From the NCBI GenBank assembly GCA_046318115.1, contig JBKCVA010000021.1, positions 114 to 64,113 of the forward strand: a stretch of DNA of 64,000 nt, in the 5' to 3' direction. The notes under the pieces are model-generated. The model was not told the DNA's origin. It made no database searches and was given only the letters and a program-made list of their open reading frames with translations. A program made the position numbers and the translations under genes. Positions 54,115-64,000 of the stretch are shown one piece after another. The stretch comes from Lysobacterales bacterium (GTDB lineage Bacteria; Pseudomonadota; Gammaproteobacteria; Xanthomonadales; Xanthomonadaceae). Position 1 is the stretch's first letter; each line of letters begins with the position of its first letter.

Positions 54115-54218
54115 ACGACTCCAGGGGCTTGCTGCAACGCGTCAGCGATCATGCCACAGGGTCGCGGAGGCCAAGGTCCGGACGAGAGCTAGGTCCAATC
54201 CGTCACACCGGCCCGAAT

Positions 54219-54725
54219 TCATCCACGGCGACGCAGTCCAGCCCAGAGTGCCCCGAATCCGAGACCGACGAACCAGACCAGGGTCCACACCGGCATCGAC
54301 AGCCCCAAGAAGGTCCAGTCAATCTTTGCGCAGTCGCCAGAGCCGGTAAACACCCTCTCGATCACTGTTTGCAGCGGGAATGCTTCCAGCATGTAGCCCA
54401 GCTCCATGCCAGCGCAGCTCGGCACCTCATCTGCCGGGAGATGCTGCATGCGGACATGCCAAACGGCGATGCCGCCACCCACCGCAGCCCCCAGACCGAC
54501 AAGCATCGTGTTGAGGACTCGCAGCCAGGCGGGTCGCGGCCCGATGACCGCGCCCAGAAGGAAGAACACGCCCATGAAGAAGAAGGCGACGCGCTGCAAG
54601 ATGCAGAGCGGGCACGGCATCATCAACATGCCGTGCTCGACGTAAAGCGCGTAACCCAGCAGCGATGCGCAGCAAACGAAGCCGGCAAGAAACTGGGCGC
54701 GGAAACTCCAGGCAAATGGGTTCAT
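54219..54725 (-). CDS. dsbB: Disulfide bond formation protein B
   Basis: PCPLCILQR, second Cys pair (PSCAG..GDCAKIDW), 4 TM. Confidence 0.95.
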   Translation of the reverse strand: MNPFAWSFRAQFLAGFVCCASLLGYALYVEHGMLMMPCPLCILQRVAFFFMGVFFLLGAVIGPRPAWLRVLNTMLVGLGAAVGGGIAVWHVRMQHLPADEVPSCAGMELGYMLEAFPLQTVIERVFTGSGDCAKIDWTFLGLSMPVWTLVWFVGLGFGALWAGLRRRG

Positions 54726-54844
54726 CGTGGCTCTCTTGCGGTAGTGCGACGCGGTCGCAATAGGTCAGGTGCGATTGGACAAGCCAGAGGCTCAGCACTT
54801 GCAGGCCGCGCTACGGACTGCAAATCCCGAAGGGGGTTCCCCAG

Positions 54845-54875
54845 AAACGAAAACCCCGGCGCAGGGCCGGGGCTC
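54845..54875 (-). terminator. Intrinsic terminator of the alpha operon
   Basis: Minus strand CCCCGGCCCTGCGCCGGGG followed by TTTTCGTTTC, about 25 nt after the rplQ stop. Confidence 0.8.
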
Positions 54876-54897
54876 TCGGGAAACATCGGTGCTACGA

Positions 54898-55284
54898 CTA
54901 CTCGGCAGCCGGCTCTGCATCCACCTGCGGACGATCGACCAGCTCGACATAGGCCATCGGCGCGCTGTCGCCTGCGCGGAAGCCGCACTTCAGGAGGCGC
55001 AGGTAGCCGCCCGGACGGGAGACGTAGCGAGGGCCGATCTCCACGAACAGCTTGCCCACGGCGACCTTGTCGCGCAGACGCGCGAAAGCGAGACGACGAT
55101 TGGCGACGCTATCGACCTTGGCCAGCGTGATGAGCGGCTCAGCAAAGCGGCGCAGCTCCTTGGCCTTGGGCAGGGTCGTACGGATCAGCTCATGCTTGAT
55201 GAGCGAAGCGACCATGTTGCTGAACATGGCTTTGCGATGGGCACTGTCGCGATTGAGCTTGCGGCCCGATTTCTGATGGCGCAT
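54898..55284 (-). CDS. rplQ: 50S ribosomal protein L17
   Basis: [20 protein letters not shown].. Confidence 0.99.
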   Translation of the reverse strand: MRHQKSGRKLNRDSAHRKAMFSNMVASLIKHELIRTTLPKAKELRRFAEPLITLAKVDSVANRRLAFARLRDKVAVGKLFVEIGPRYVSRPGGYLRLLKCGFRAGDSAPMAYVELVDRPQVDAEPAAE

Positions 55285-55430
55285 GGGAAATTCCTGATTG
55301 AATACTGCAGCTGTTGGATTTCGCTGTCGCCATCCCGGCGTTGAAACGATGGACTGCGGATGGTCCGAGTCGGCCGTCCATGGCCGACGGTCGCGAGCAC
55401 TTGGGCCCGTCGACGAAGTGGATCAATCGA

Positions 55431-56426
55431 TCAGCCGAGCATGCCCTGCTGCAGACCGGCGGGGGGCCAGTTCTCCAGCTTCATGCCGAGCGACAGGCCG
55501 CGCTGAGCCAGCACTTCCTTGATCTCGGTGAGCGACTTCTTGCCGAGGTTCGGCGTCTTGAGCAACTCGACTTCAGTGCGCTGGATCAGATCACCGATGT
55601 AGTAGATGTTCTCGGCCTTGAGGCAATTGGCCGAACGCACCGTCAACTCAAGGTCATCAATGGGACGCAGCAACACCGGGTCGACACCGGTTGCAGCCTG
55701 CTTCGACTCACCGCGCTGACGCTGGGTGAAGTCTCCAAAGACCGAGAGCTGGTCGGTCAGGATGTCAGCGGCGGTGCGTACGGCTTCTTCGGCGTCGATA
55801 CTACCGTTGGTCTCAATATCGAGGACCAGCTTGTCGAGGTTGGTGCGCTGTTCAACGCGAGCACTCTCGACAGCAAAGGCGACGCGGCGGACGGGCGAGA
55901 AAGAAGCATCCAGCATCAGACGGCCGATGGCTCGCGACTCCTCGTCCGGGCGACGACGCGCGGACGCGGGCTGGTAACCCAAGCCGCGCTCCACCTTGAG
56001 GCGCATGTTGAGCGAGACATCCTTGGTCAGCGTGCAGATCACGTGCTCGGGATTCAGGATCTCGACGTTGTGATCGGTGCGGATGTCACCGGCGACCACG
56101 ACGCCAGAGCCCTGCTTGCTCAGGGTGACGGTGGCCTGATCGACGTTGTGCATACGCAGGGACACGTCCTTCAGGTTCAGCAGGATCTCAAGCACATCCT
56201 CCTGGATCCCTTCGACCGTGGTGTACTCGTGCAGCACGCCGTCGATCTCGACTTCGGTAATCGCGAAACCGGGGATCGACGAAAGGAGGACGCGACGCAG
56301 CGCATTGCCGAGCGTATGGCCGTAGCCACGCTCCAGCGGCTCGACAACCACCTTCGCGCGGTTGTTGGCGATACGTTCGATGCCGATGCCGCGCGGACGC
56401 AGCACCTGGGTGGCGGAAACGGACAT
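55431..56426 (-). CDS. rpoA: RNA polymerase alpha subunit
   Basis: [36 protein letters not shown]. Confidence 0.99.
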   Translation of the reverse strand: MSVSATQVLRPRGIGIERIANNRAKVVVEPLERGYGHTLGNALRRVLLSSIPGFAITEVEIDGVLHEYTTVEGIQEDVLEILLNLKDVSLRMHNVDQATVTLSKQGSGVVVAGDIRTDHNVEILNPEHVICTLTKDVSLNMRLKVERGLGYQPASARRRPDEESRAIGRLMLDASFSPVRRVAFAVESARVEQRTNLDKLVLDIETNGSIDAEEAVRTAADILTDQLSVFGDFTQRQRGESKQAATGVDPVLLRPIDDLELTVRSANCLKAENIYYIGDLIQRTEVELLKTPNLGKKSLTEIKEVLAQRGLSLGMKLENWPPAGLQQGMLG

Positions 56427-56444
56427 TCGGCGGTTCTCCGTGGA

Positions 56445-57071
56445 TTACTTCGAGTACAGCTCGATGATCAGGTTCTCGTTGATGTCCGAGGGCAGATCCG
56501 AGCGCTCGGGCAGCGCCTTGAAGACACCGCTGAACTTCTTGCTGTCGACGTCGATCCAGTTCGGAACCAAGTCCATCTGCTGGGCGAGTGCCGACGCCTC
56601 CTGAACGCGCAGCTGGCGCTGGGCACGCTCGGTCAGCGCGATGGAGTCACCGGGCTTGACCTGGTAGGACGCCAAATTGACCGCCTTGCCGTTGACAAGG
56701 ACGCCGCAGTGGCTAACGAGCTGGCGGGCCTGCGGGCGCGTGACCGCAAAACCCATGCGGTAGACCACGTTGTCCAAGCGGGACTCGAGGATCTGCAGCA
56801 GGTTCTCGCCAGTGTTACCGCGGCGGGTTGAAGCCTTGCGATAGACGTTGCGGAACTGGCGCTCCAGCAGACCGTAGATGCGCTTGACCTTCTGCTTCTC
56901 GCGCAGCTGGACCGCATAGTCAGAGAGGCGGCCCTTGCGGGCGGCGCCATGCTGGCCGGGCTTCTGCTCGAGCTTGCACTTGGAATCCAGCGCGCGGGCC
57001 GGGCTCTTGAGGCTGAGATCTGCACCTTCGCGACGGGCGAGTTTGCAGGTGGGGCCGATATAACGTGCCAT
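56445..57071 (-). CDS. rpsD: 30S ribosomal protein S4
   Basis: [25 protein letters not shown]. Confidence 0.99.
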   Translation of the reverse strand: MARYIGPTCKLARREGADLSLKSPARALDSKCKLEQKPGQHGAARKGRLSDYAVQLREKQKVKRIYGLLERQFRNVYRKASTRRGNTGENLLQILESRLDNVVYRMGFAVTRPQARQLVSHCGVLVNGKAVNLASYQVKPGDSIALTERAQRQLRVQEASALAQQMDLVPNWIDVDSKKFSGVFKALPERSDLPSDINENLIIELYSK

Positions 57072-57094
57072 GGGTATGAGCTCCTAGCCGCGCG

Positions 57095-57487
57095 TCAGAC
57101 GCGACGCTTCTTCGGCGGACGGCAGCCGTTATGCGGAATCGGCGTGACGTCGATAATGTTGGTTACCTTGTAGCCGACAGCGTTCAGCGAACGCACGGCC
57201 GACTCGCGACCCGGACCGGGGCCCTTGATGCGGACTTCCAGAGTCTTCAGGCCGTACTCCAGCGCAACGCGACCGGCCTTCTCAGCAGCCACCTGGGCCG
57301 CAAAGGGAGTCGACTTGCGGGAGCCGCGGAAACCAGCGCCACCGGAAGTGGCCCAACTCAGGGCGTTGCCCTGGCGGTCGGTGATCGTGATGATCGTGTT
57401 GTTGAAGGACGCTTGGACGTGGGCGATGCCGTCGGTGACGACACGGCGGATCTTCTTTTTGCCCTTGACGGGAGCCTGCTTGCTCAT
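57095..57487 (-). CDS. rpsK: 30S ribosomal protein S11
   Basis: [32 protein letters not shown]. Confidence 0.99.
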   Translation of the reverse strand: MSKQAPVKGKKKIRRVVTDGIAHVQASFNNTIITITDRQGNALSWATSGGAGFRGSRKSTPFAAQVAAEKAGRVALEYGLKTLEVRIKGPGPGRESAVRSLNAVGYKVTNIIDVTPIPHNGCRPPKKRRV

Positions 57488-57496
57488 GACCGGTCC

Positions 57497-57853
57497 TTAC
57501 TTCTTGATCTGCTTGCGCGGACCCTTGCGGGTACGGGCGTTGGTGCGCGTGCGCTGACCGCGCAGCGGGAGGCCACGGCGATGACGCAGGCCGCGATAGC
57601 AGCCAAGGTCCATCAGGCGTTTGATGCTGATGCCGATCTCGCGACGGAGATCGCCTTCGACTACGAACTTGGCGACTTCGGCGCGGAGGCGATCCACCTC
57701 GGCCTCCGTCAAGTCCTTGATCTTGGTGCTCGGGGTGACCCCGGCAGTCACACAGATCTTCTGCGAACGGGTACGGCCGATGCCGTAGATGCTCTGAAGC
57801 CCCACCCAGACATGCTTCTGGACGGGAAGGTTGACACCTGCGATGCGCGCCAT
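57497..57853 (-). CDS. rpsM: 30S ribosomal protein S13
   Basis: [33 protein letters not shown]. Confidence 0.99.
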   Translation of the reverse strand: MARIAGVNLPVQKHVWVGLQSIYGIGRTRSQKICVTAGVTPSTKIKDLTEAEVDRLRAEVAKFVVEGDLRREIGISIKRLMDLGCYRGLRHRRGLPLRGQRTRTNARTRKGPRKQIKK

Positions 57854-57892
57854 GAGGCGATCTCCAACAAGGTATTGCGCGGTGAATCGGAA

Positions 57893-57898
57893 AGTATA
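57893..57898 (-). promoter_or_regulatory. Candidate -10 element (TATACT) of the alpha operon promoter
   Basis: Near-consensus -10 about 40 nt upstream of rpsM; no convincing -35 at 17 bp. Confidence 0.4.
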
Positions 57899-58030
57899 CG
57901 TTGGCTTCGAGGACAAATAAAGTCCCAGGGTGCCAATGACACAGCACCCCTGAGGGCACGGGGCGATGGTGCCCGTGCTCCGGCGTTGTCCGGTCCAGCC
58001 CGGGCGCTTTGCACCCAAGCTGCACCTCGA

Positions 58031-59395
58031 CTACCCGCGCGAGAAGCCGGCGCGCGAGCCGCCCTTCAGGTTGGCCTTCTTCAGCAGGCTGTCGTACTGA
58101 TGAGACATCAGATGCGCCTGAATCTGGGCCATAAAATCCATAACAACGACAACCACGATCAGCAGCGAGGTGCCGCCGAACAGATGAGCCACCGCCGCAG
58201 GAACGCTCATCCCAAGCTGCAGTGCCTCAGGGAGCAGACAGACCGCAACGAGGTAAAGCGAGCCGGCCAAAGTCAGGCGCGTCAGCACGCCGTCGACATA
58301 GTCTGCTGTGGCCTTGCCGGGACGAATCCCCGGGATGAGAGCGCCCGACTTCTTGAGGTTCTCTGCCGTCTCTTGAGAATTGAACACGAGAGCGGTGTAG
58401 AAGAACGCGAACCCGATGATCAGAGCGCCATACAGAACCATGTGCAGGGGCTGACCAGGCGCCAGTGCTACCGACAGGTCCGTGAGGAAGCCAACGCTTC
58501 CCGCCTCACCGAACCAAGTAGCGGCCGTTCCTGGAAAAAGGATGAGACTGGACGCGAAAATCGCCGGAATCACGCCCGCCATGTTCAGTTTGAGCGGAAG
58601 GTGCGAACTCTGGTTCATGTACGCCTGACGGCCACCCTGGCGCCGCGCGTAGTTCACTGTAATGCGCCGCTGGCCGCGCTCGACAAACACGACGAACGCG
58701 GTCACCGACAGCACGATGACGGACAACAAAATCACCGTCAGCGGGTTCATCTCACCTTGGCTGACCTGGGTCAACACCGTAATGATCGCGCCCGGAAGTG
58801 TTGCGACGATGCCCGCGAAGATGATCAACGAGATTCCGTTGCCAACGCCACGCTCGGTGACCTGCTCGCCCAACCACATGAGAAAGAGGGTTCCAGCGGT
58901 CAGCGATACAACCGCAGTAAAGACGAAACCGGGGCCGGGGTTGAAGACCACGGGACCTACCGGGCTACTTTGCCCCTGCAACGCCATCGCGATACCGAAG
59001 GCCTGGAACACCGCCAGCAACACCGTGCCGATGCGGGTGTACTGCGTGATCTTGCGACGACCGCTCTCACCTTCCTTTCTCAGCTGCTGCAGCGAGGGAA
59101 AAATCTGCGAAGCCAGCTGCACGATGATCGATGCCGAAATGTAGGGCATCACGTTGAGCGCAAACACGCTCAAACGTTCCAGTGCGCCACCTGAGAACAG
59201 GTTGAACATCTGCACGACGCCCCCCTGCTGCTGCATGAGGGACGTCATGGCATCGGGATTGACCCCGGGCACCGGTACAAAGGTGCCGAACCGGTAGACG
59301 ATCAGCGCACCAAGCACGAACAGCAGGCGCTGGCGAAGCTCGGTGAGCTTGCCAAGGGCCGCGAGGGAACTTGCACCCACGTTCGACTGAGCCAC
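58031..59395 (-). CDS. secY: Preprotein translocase SecY
   Basis: [48 protein letters not shown]. Confidence 0.99.
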   Translation of the reverse strand: MAQSNVGASSLAALGKLTELRQRLLFVLGALIVYRFGTFVPVPGVNPDAMTSLMQQQGGVVQMFNLFSGGALERLSVFALNVMPYISASIIVQLASQIFPSLQQLRKEGESGRRKITQYTRIGTVLLAVFQAFGIAMALQGQSSPVGPVVFNPGPGFVFTAVVSLTAGTLFLMWLGEQVTERGVGNGISLIIFAGIVATLPGAIITVLTQVSQGEMNPLTVILLSVIVLSVTAFVVFVERGQRRITVNYARRQGGRQAYMNQSSHLPLKLNMAGVIPAIFASSLILFPGTAATWFGEAGSVGFLTDLSVALAPGQPLHMVLYGALIIGFAFFYTALVFNSQETAENLKKSGALIPGIRPGKATADYVDGVLTRLTLAGSLYLVAVCLLPEALQLGMSVPAAVAHLFGGTSLLIVVVVVMDFMAQIQAHLMSHQYDSLLKKANLKGGSRAGFSRG

Positions 59396-59398
59396 GGA

Positions 59399-59833
59399 TT
59401 ACTCCACCGATCCGCCGGCGGCTTCGATCGCCGCCTTGGCACCGGCGGTGGCAGTCAAGCCACGCACGCTGACCTTGCGATCAAGCTCGCCCTTCTTGAC
59501 GATCTTCGCCGTGCGCGCACGGGTCGGCACCAGATTGGCGGCCTGCAGGGCCGGGAAATCGATCACATCGCCTTCCACGAGCGCCAGCTGATACAGGAAG
59601 ACTTCGGCCACATCATCCTTCAGCTTGGAGCGGAAGCCGACCTTGGGAAGACGACGCTGGAGCGGCATCTGGCCGCCTTCGAAGCCGGGCTTGACCTTGC
59701 CCTTGCCAGTGCGGGCGTACTGGCCCTTGTGGCCGCGGCCGCAGGTCTTGCCAAGGCCAGAACCGATACCACGACCAACGCGAACGCGGTCCTTGCGGGC
59801 GCCGTCAGCGGGCTTGAGGGTATTGAGACGCAT
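59399..59833 (-). CDS. rplO: 50S ribosomal protein L15
   Basis: [35 protein letters not shown]. Confidence 0.99.
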   Translation of the reverse strand: MRLNTLKPADGARKDRVRVGRGIGSGLGKTCGRGHKGQYARTGKGKVKPGFEGGQMPLQRRLPKVGFRSKLKDDVAEVFLYQLALVEGDVIDFPALQAANLVPTRARTAKIVKKGELDRKVSVRGLTATAGAKAAIEAAGGSVE

Positions 59834-59854
59834 GGTGTTCTCCGGAGATTCCGC

Positions 59855-60043
59855 TTACTGCTCGACGCGGACCAGGTAATAGACGGTGTTGATCAGACCG
59901 CGCACGCTCGGGGTATCCGGCAATTCGCGCACGTCGTTCAACTTGCGCAGACCGAGCGCCTTCACCGACAGACGGTGACGCGATTGGGTGCCACGCAGAC
60001 CCTTGACCAGACGAACCTTGACGGTCTTGCCTGCATTAGCCAT
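59855..60043 (-). CDS. rpmD: 50S ribosomal protein L30
   Basis: [25 protein letters not shown]. Confidence 0.97.
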   Translation of the reverse strand: MANAGKTVKVRLVKGLRGTQSRHRLSVKALGLRKLNDVRELPDTPSVRGLINTVYYLVRVEQ

Positions 60044-60542
60044 TGCTGATCTCCTCCAGCTTCTTGCCGCGCTTGGCAGCGATCTTCGAGGGCGAGTGCA
60101 TCGCCTGCAGACCCTTGATGGTGGCGCGAACCAGATTGATCGGGTTACGCGAACCCACCGCCTTGGCGAGGATGTTCTTAACGCCGGCGGCTTCCAGCAC
60201 GGCGCGCATGGCGCCGCCTGCAATCACACCCGTGCCTTCCGAGGCGGGCTGCATGTAGACGCGCGCCGCGCCATGATTCGCCTTGATGGGATACCACACC
60301 GTGCCGCCATTCAGCTCGACACTGACCATAGCCTTACGGGCGTACTCCATCGACTTCTGGATGGCGACCGGCACTTCGCGCGCCTTGCCGTAGCCGAATC
60401 CAACGCGGCCGGCGCCATCACCCACCACGGTCAACGCGGTGAATGTGAACTGACGGCCACCCTTGACCGTCTTCGACACGCGATTGACGGCAACCAGCTT
60501 TTCCAGCATGCCGTCGCTGTTGTCACGATCATTCGTGCTCAT
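60036..60542 (-). CDS. rpsE: 30S ribosomal protein S5
   Basis: [28 protein letters not shown]. Confidence 0.99.
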   Translation of the reverse strand: MSTNDRDNSDGMLEKLVAVNRVSKTVKGGRQFTFTALTVVGDGAGRVGFGYGKAREVPVAIQKSMEYARKAMVSVELNGGTVWYPIKANHGAARVYMQPASEGTGVIAGGAMRAVLEAAGVKNILAKAVGSRNPINLVRATIKGLQAMHSPSKIAAKRGKKLEEISNG

Positions 60543-60615
60543 TGCGTTTCTCTCGTTGCTTACGGCCCTGTGGGCCGCTTGTAGTTGTGGTGCAGCAAAT
60601 GGATCGCAGGAGCGA

Positions 60616-60969
60616 TCAGAACTTCAGGCCGGCCTCGCGAGCGGCATCGGCCAACGCCTTGATGCGGCCGTGGTAGCGGAAGCCCGAACGGTCGAAAGCA
60701 ACCGCCTCGATGCCGGCAGCCAAGGCGCGCTTGGCGATGACTTGACCGACCTTGGCGGCGGCGTCCTTATTCTTGGTGCCTTCCAGGCCCTCACGCACTT
60801 CCGACTCCAGCGTCGAGGCCGCAGCCAGAACCTTGGAGCCGTCGGAGGTGAACAACTGGGCGTAGATGTGCTGGCCGGTACGCGACACGGACAGACGGGC
60901 TGCGCCGAGCTCGCGAATATGGGCGCGAGTGGTCTTGGCGCGGCGCAGACGAGCGATTTTCTTTTCCAT
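60616..60969 (-). CDS. rplR: 50S ribosomal protein L18
   Basis: [34 protein letters not shown]. Confidence 0.99.
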   Translation of the reverse strand: MEKKIARLRRAKTTRAHIRELGAARLSVSRTGQHIYAQLFTSDGSKVLAAASTLESEVREGLEGTKNKDAAAKVGQVIAKRALAAGIEAVAFDRSGFRYHGRIKALADAAREAGLKF

Positions 60970-61037
60970 GGTCTTTCCTTGGGGAAGCTGAAGGCGTGGA
61001 GCGAAGCCCGCGAAGCGAGCTCCACGAGGACTCCTGA

Positions 61038-61565
61038 TCAGGCCTTCTTGGCTTCCTTCATCACGATCTTCTCGCCGGAGTAGCGCACACCCTTGCCCTT
61101 GTAGGGCTCCGGCGGACGGAACGCGCGGATCTTGGCGGCCACTTGGCCAACCGCCTGCTTGTCGGCACCCTTGATAAGGATTTCCGTCTGGCTCGGGGTT
61201 TCGATGGTGATGCCCTCCGGCGCAGAAAACACCACCGGGTGGCTAAAGCCGAGGCTCAGGTTGAGATCGCGACCAGCCACCGAGGCACGGTAACCGACGC
61301 CGACCAGCTCGAGCTTGCGGGTGTATCCCTCGGACACACCAGCCACCATGTTGGCGAGCAGAGCGCGCAGGGTGCCAGCCATGGCGATCAGGTCGTCATT
61401 GGCGGCCTGGACGCGGACTTCGCCGCCTTCAACGGCGACAGCGACACCGGCGGGCTTAGCCTGGGTCAGCGAGCCCTTGGGGCCCTTCACGGTCAGATTC
61501 ACCGCATCCTGGGTCAGTTCGACACCCTTGGGCAGGGCGATGGGCTTCTTGGCAACGCGGGACAT
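61038..61565 (-). CDS. rplF: 50S ribosomal protein L6
   Basis: [34 protein letters not shown]. Confidence 0.99.
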   Translation of the reverse strand: MSRVAKKPIALPKGVELTQDAVNLTVKGPKGSLTQAKPAGVAVAVEGGEVRVQAANDDLIAMAGTLRALLANMVAGVSEGYTRKLELVGVGYRASVAGRDLNLSLGFSHPVVFSAPEGITIETPSQTEILIKGADKQAVGQVAAKIRAFRPPEPYKGKGVRYSGEKIVMKEAKKA

Positions 61566-61578
61566 GTGCGGTCTCCTC

Positions 61579-61974
61579 TTATGCCACCAGGCCCAGAACC
61601 TCGCCACCGAGGCCTTCAGCCCTGGCCTGCGCGTCGGTCATGATGCCCTTGGAGGTGGAGATGATGGCGATGCCGAGGCCACCCAGAACACGGGGGAGCT
61701 CGTCCTTGCCGCGGTACTGGCGAAGGCCAGAACGGGAGAACCGCTCAAGCTTCTCGATGACCGGACGTCCCTGGTAGTACTTCAGGGCGATCTCGAGCAC
61801 CGGTTTGTTCTCGACAGTCTGAACCTGCGCGTCAGCGAGGTAGCCCTCGTTCTTCAACAGGGTGGCGATGGCGACCTTCAGCTTCGAGGACGGCATCTTT
61901 ACGGTCTTCTTGCCAACCGCCGCCGCATTCTTGATGCGGACGAACATGTCGGCGATGGGATCAGTCATGCTCAT
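61579..61974 (-). CDS. rpsH: 30S ribosomal protein S8
   Basis: [38 protein letters not shown]. Confidence 0.99.
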   Translation of the reverse strand: MSMTDPIADMFVRIKNAAAVGKKTVKMPSSKLKVAIATLLKNEGYLADAQVQTVENKPVLEIALKYYQGRPVIEKLERFSRSGLRQYRGKDELPRVLGGLGIAIISTSKGIMTDAQARAEGLGGEVLGLVA

Positions 61975-62080
61975 TTGGCTTTACCTTTTGAGTCGCACCG
62001 ATATCCGCTTTCGCGAACGGTCCAAGTGGAAAGAGCCGACCCCTTGCGGAGCCGGCCCGGAACAACGTAAGTCCGACAGT

Positions 62081-62386
62081 TTACCAGCTTGCCTTGCGAA
62101 GACCAGGCACGTCGCCGCGCATGGTGGCTTCACGAAGCTTGTTGCGGCCGAGGCCGAACTTGCGATAGACGCCGCGCGGGCGACCGGTCAGTTCGCAACG
62201 GTTGCGCTGGCGGCAGGGGCTGGCGTCACGCGGCAGCTTCTGCAGTTTGGCTTGAGCAGCGGCCTTGTCTTCGTACGAGGCCTTCGGGCTGGCGATGATC
62301 GCCTTGAGCTCGGCGCGCTTGGCGGCGAACTTCTCGGCGGTCTTGGCCCGCTTGATCTCGCGGTTGACCATGGAGGTCTTGGCCAT
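62081..62386 (-). CDS. rpsN: 30S ribosomal protein S14 (long, 101-aa form)
   Basis: [29 protein letters not shown]. Confidence 0.99.
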   Translation of the reverse strand: MAKTSMVNREIKRAKTAEKFAAKRAELKAIIASPKASYEDKAAAQAKLQKLPRDASPCRQRNRCELTGRPRGVYRKFGLGRNKLREATMRGDVPGLRKASW

Positions 62387-62404
62387 GTCTTGAGTCCTTC
62401 AGGA

Positions 62405-62947
62405 TCAGTTGCGGAAGGGGAAACGGAAGGCTTCGAGCAGCGCCTTAGCTTCCGCATCCGTCTTGGCCGTGGTGGTGATGGCGATATCCATGCCGCGGAT
62501 CGCATCGACCTGGTCGAAATCGATCTCCGGGAAGATGATCTGTTCCTTCACGCCCATGTTGTAGTTGCCGCGGCCGTCGAAGGAGCGGCCGGAAACGCCG
62601 CGGAAGTCGCGGACGCGCGGCAGCGAGATGTTGATCAGGCGGTCGAGGAACTCGAACATCTTGGCGCGGCGCAGGGTGACCTTGCAGCCGATCGGCCAGC
62701 CGTCACGGATCTTGAAGCTCGCCACAGAGATGCGCGCCTTGGTGGTCACCGGCTTCTGGCCGGAGATCTTCGCCATTTCGGCGACGGCATTCTCAAGGAT
62801 CTTCTTGTTGCCCACGGCCTCGCCCACGCCCATGTTCAGCGTGATCTTGGTGAGGCGCGGCACCTGCATGACGTTGGCGTAACCGAAGCGCTCCATCATC
62901 TTCGGCACGACCTGGTCTTTGTAGAACTTTTCCAGACGGGTGGTCAT
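62405..62947 (-). CDS. rplE: 50S ribosomal protein L5
   Basis: [31 protein letters not shown]. Confidence 0.99.
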   Translation of the reverse strand: MTTRLEKFYKDQVVPKMMERFGYANVMQVPRLTKITLNMGVGEAVGNKKILENAVAEMAKISGQKPVTTKARISVASFKIRDGWPIGCKVTLRRAKMFEFLDRLINISLPRVRDFRGVSGRSFDGRGNYNMGVKEQIIFPEIDFDQVDAIRGMDIAITTTAKTDAEAKALLEAFRFPFRN

Positions 62948-62958
62948 TCCTGCATTCC

Positions 62959-63273
62959 TCAGGCGTCAATCGCCTCACCGCTGGAGCGGAACACACGCAG
63001 TTTGCGTCCATCCTCCAGCACCTTGAAGCCAACGCGGTCGCCCTTGCCCGTTGCCGGATTGAACAGCATCACGTTGGAGATATGGATCGGCGCTTCACGC
63101 TCGATGATCCCGCCGGGCTGGTTGGCCTGGGGGTTCGCCTTGGTGTGGCGCTTGATCAGATTGATGTTCGAGACGACGACGCGGTCACCGACCACGCGCA
63201 CCACCTCGCCCTTCTGACCCTTGTTCTTGCCGGTGATCACCAGAACCTGGTCACCCTTGCGAATACGGCTCAT
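62959..63273 (-). CDS. rplX: 50S ribosomal protein L24
   Basis: [25 protein letters not shown]. Confidence 0.99.
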   Translation of the reverse strand: MSRIRKGDQVLVITGKNKGQKGEVVRVVGDRVVVSNINLIKRHTKANPQANQPGGIIEREAPIHISNVMLFNPATGKGDRVGFKVLEDGRKLRVFRSSGEAIDA

Positions 63274-63280
63274 GGGTTGT

Positions 63281-63653
<373 letters not shown>

Positions 63654-63672
63654 GGATCTTCTCCTTGAGCGA

Positions 63673-63933
63673 TCAGGCGCCGCGGCTCACGACTTCGACG
63701 ACGCGCCAGGTCTTGGTCTTCGACAGCGGGCGGCACTCCACCACGCGGACGATATCGCCTTCCTGACAGCTGTTGTTCTCGTCGTGCGCATGCAGCTTGG
63801 TCGAACGGCGCAGGTACTTGCCGTACAGCTCGTGCTTGACGGCACGCTCGACCAGCACGGTGACGGTCTTGTCCATTTTGTTGCTGACCACGCGACCTTC
63901 GACGGTGCGGGGGGTCTGGGTGTTGTCACTCAT
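63673..63933 (-). CDS. rpsQ: 30S ribosomal protein S17
   Basis: [26 protein letters not shown]. Confidence 0.99.
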   Translation of the reverse strand: MSDNTQTPRTVEGRVVSNKMDKTVTVLVERAVKHELYGKYLRRSTKLHAHDENNSCQEGDIVRVVECRPLSKTKTWRVVEVVSRGA

Positions 63934-63943
63934 GTCGGTCGCC

Positions 63944-64000
63944 TTACGCGTTGGAGCCCAGCAGCATTTTCACCTGCGCGATTTCGCGGCGCACGTTCTT
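63944..64000 (-). CDS. rpmC: 50S ribosomal protein L29, 3' end only (partial at window edge)
   Basis: [18 protein letters not shown]-stop, immediately upstream of rpsQ. Confidence 0.9.
   Translation of the reverse strand, partial: KNVRREIAQVKMLLGSNA

Overview
High-GC bacterial chromosomal window, most likely from a Lysobacterales/Xanthomonadales gammaproteobacterium. The evidence is the phoPQ, fimS/algR, oleD and plsY-birA-coaX-SPOR-tRNA-Thr-rocF-ecnAB-trpS gene order and the lack of rpmJ in the spc operon. From left to right it holds: the right end of an IS5-family element abutting a broken oleD remnant; a pgaABCD (PNAG) operon; an AraC/AhpD/thioredoxin/CcdA redox module; small accessory genes and REP-like repeats; truD-ispF, SRAP, a racemase and an amber-interrupted CocE hydrolase; a Ser/Thr kinase-FGE fusion; fimS/algR; sbtAB; two PSCyt-like monoheme cytochromes convergent with DUF1501/DUF1800; the trpS-rocF-tRNA-Thr-coaX-birA-plsY block with a DAK2-DegV fusion; phoPQ, dusA, a VWA repeat protein, an NrtR-like regulator, an amidohydrolase pair, class II DAHP synthase and dsbB; and the alpha and spc ribosomal protein operons (rplQ to partial rpmC). 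The most notable observations are: (1) a PgaB whose deacetylase active site appears systematically destroyed while the GH153 domain is intact, under a Clp/CRP-like site; (2) a cytochrome/DUF1501/DUF1800 extracytoplasmic module whose members share a D-x-[IVL]-F-x-x-x-[FM]-E-like tag; (3) a fatty-acid-kinase-like DAK2-DegV fusion directly upstream of plsY; (4) a CAYAG-GGTGGG-N6-CCCACC REP-like family and a two-copy MITE-like element; (5) a structured GNRA-rich spacer upstream of rpsH. All calls come from reading the sequence and motifs by eye; no database search or folding program was run.
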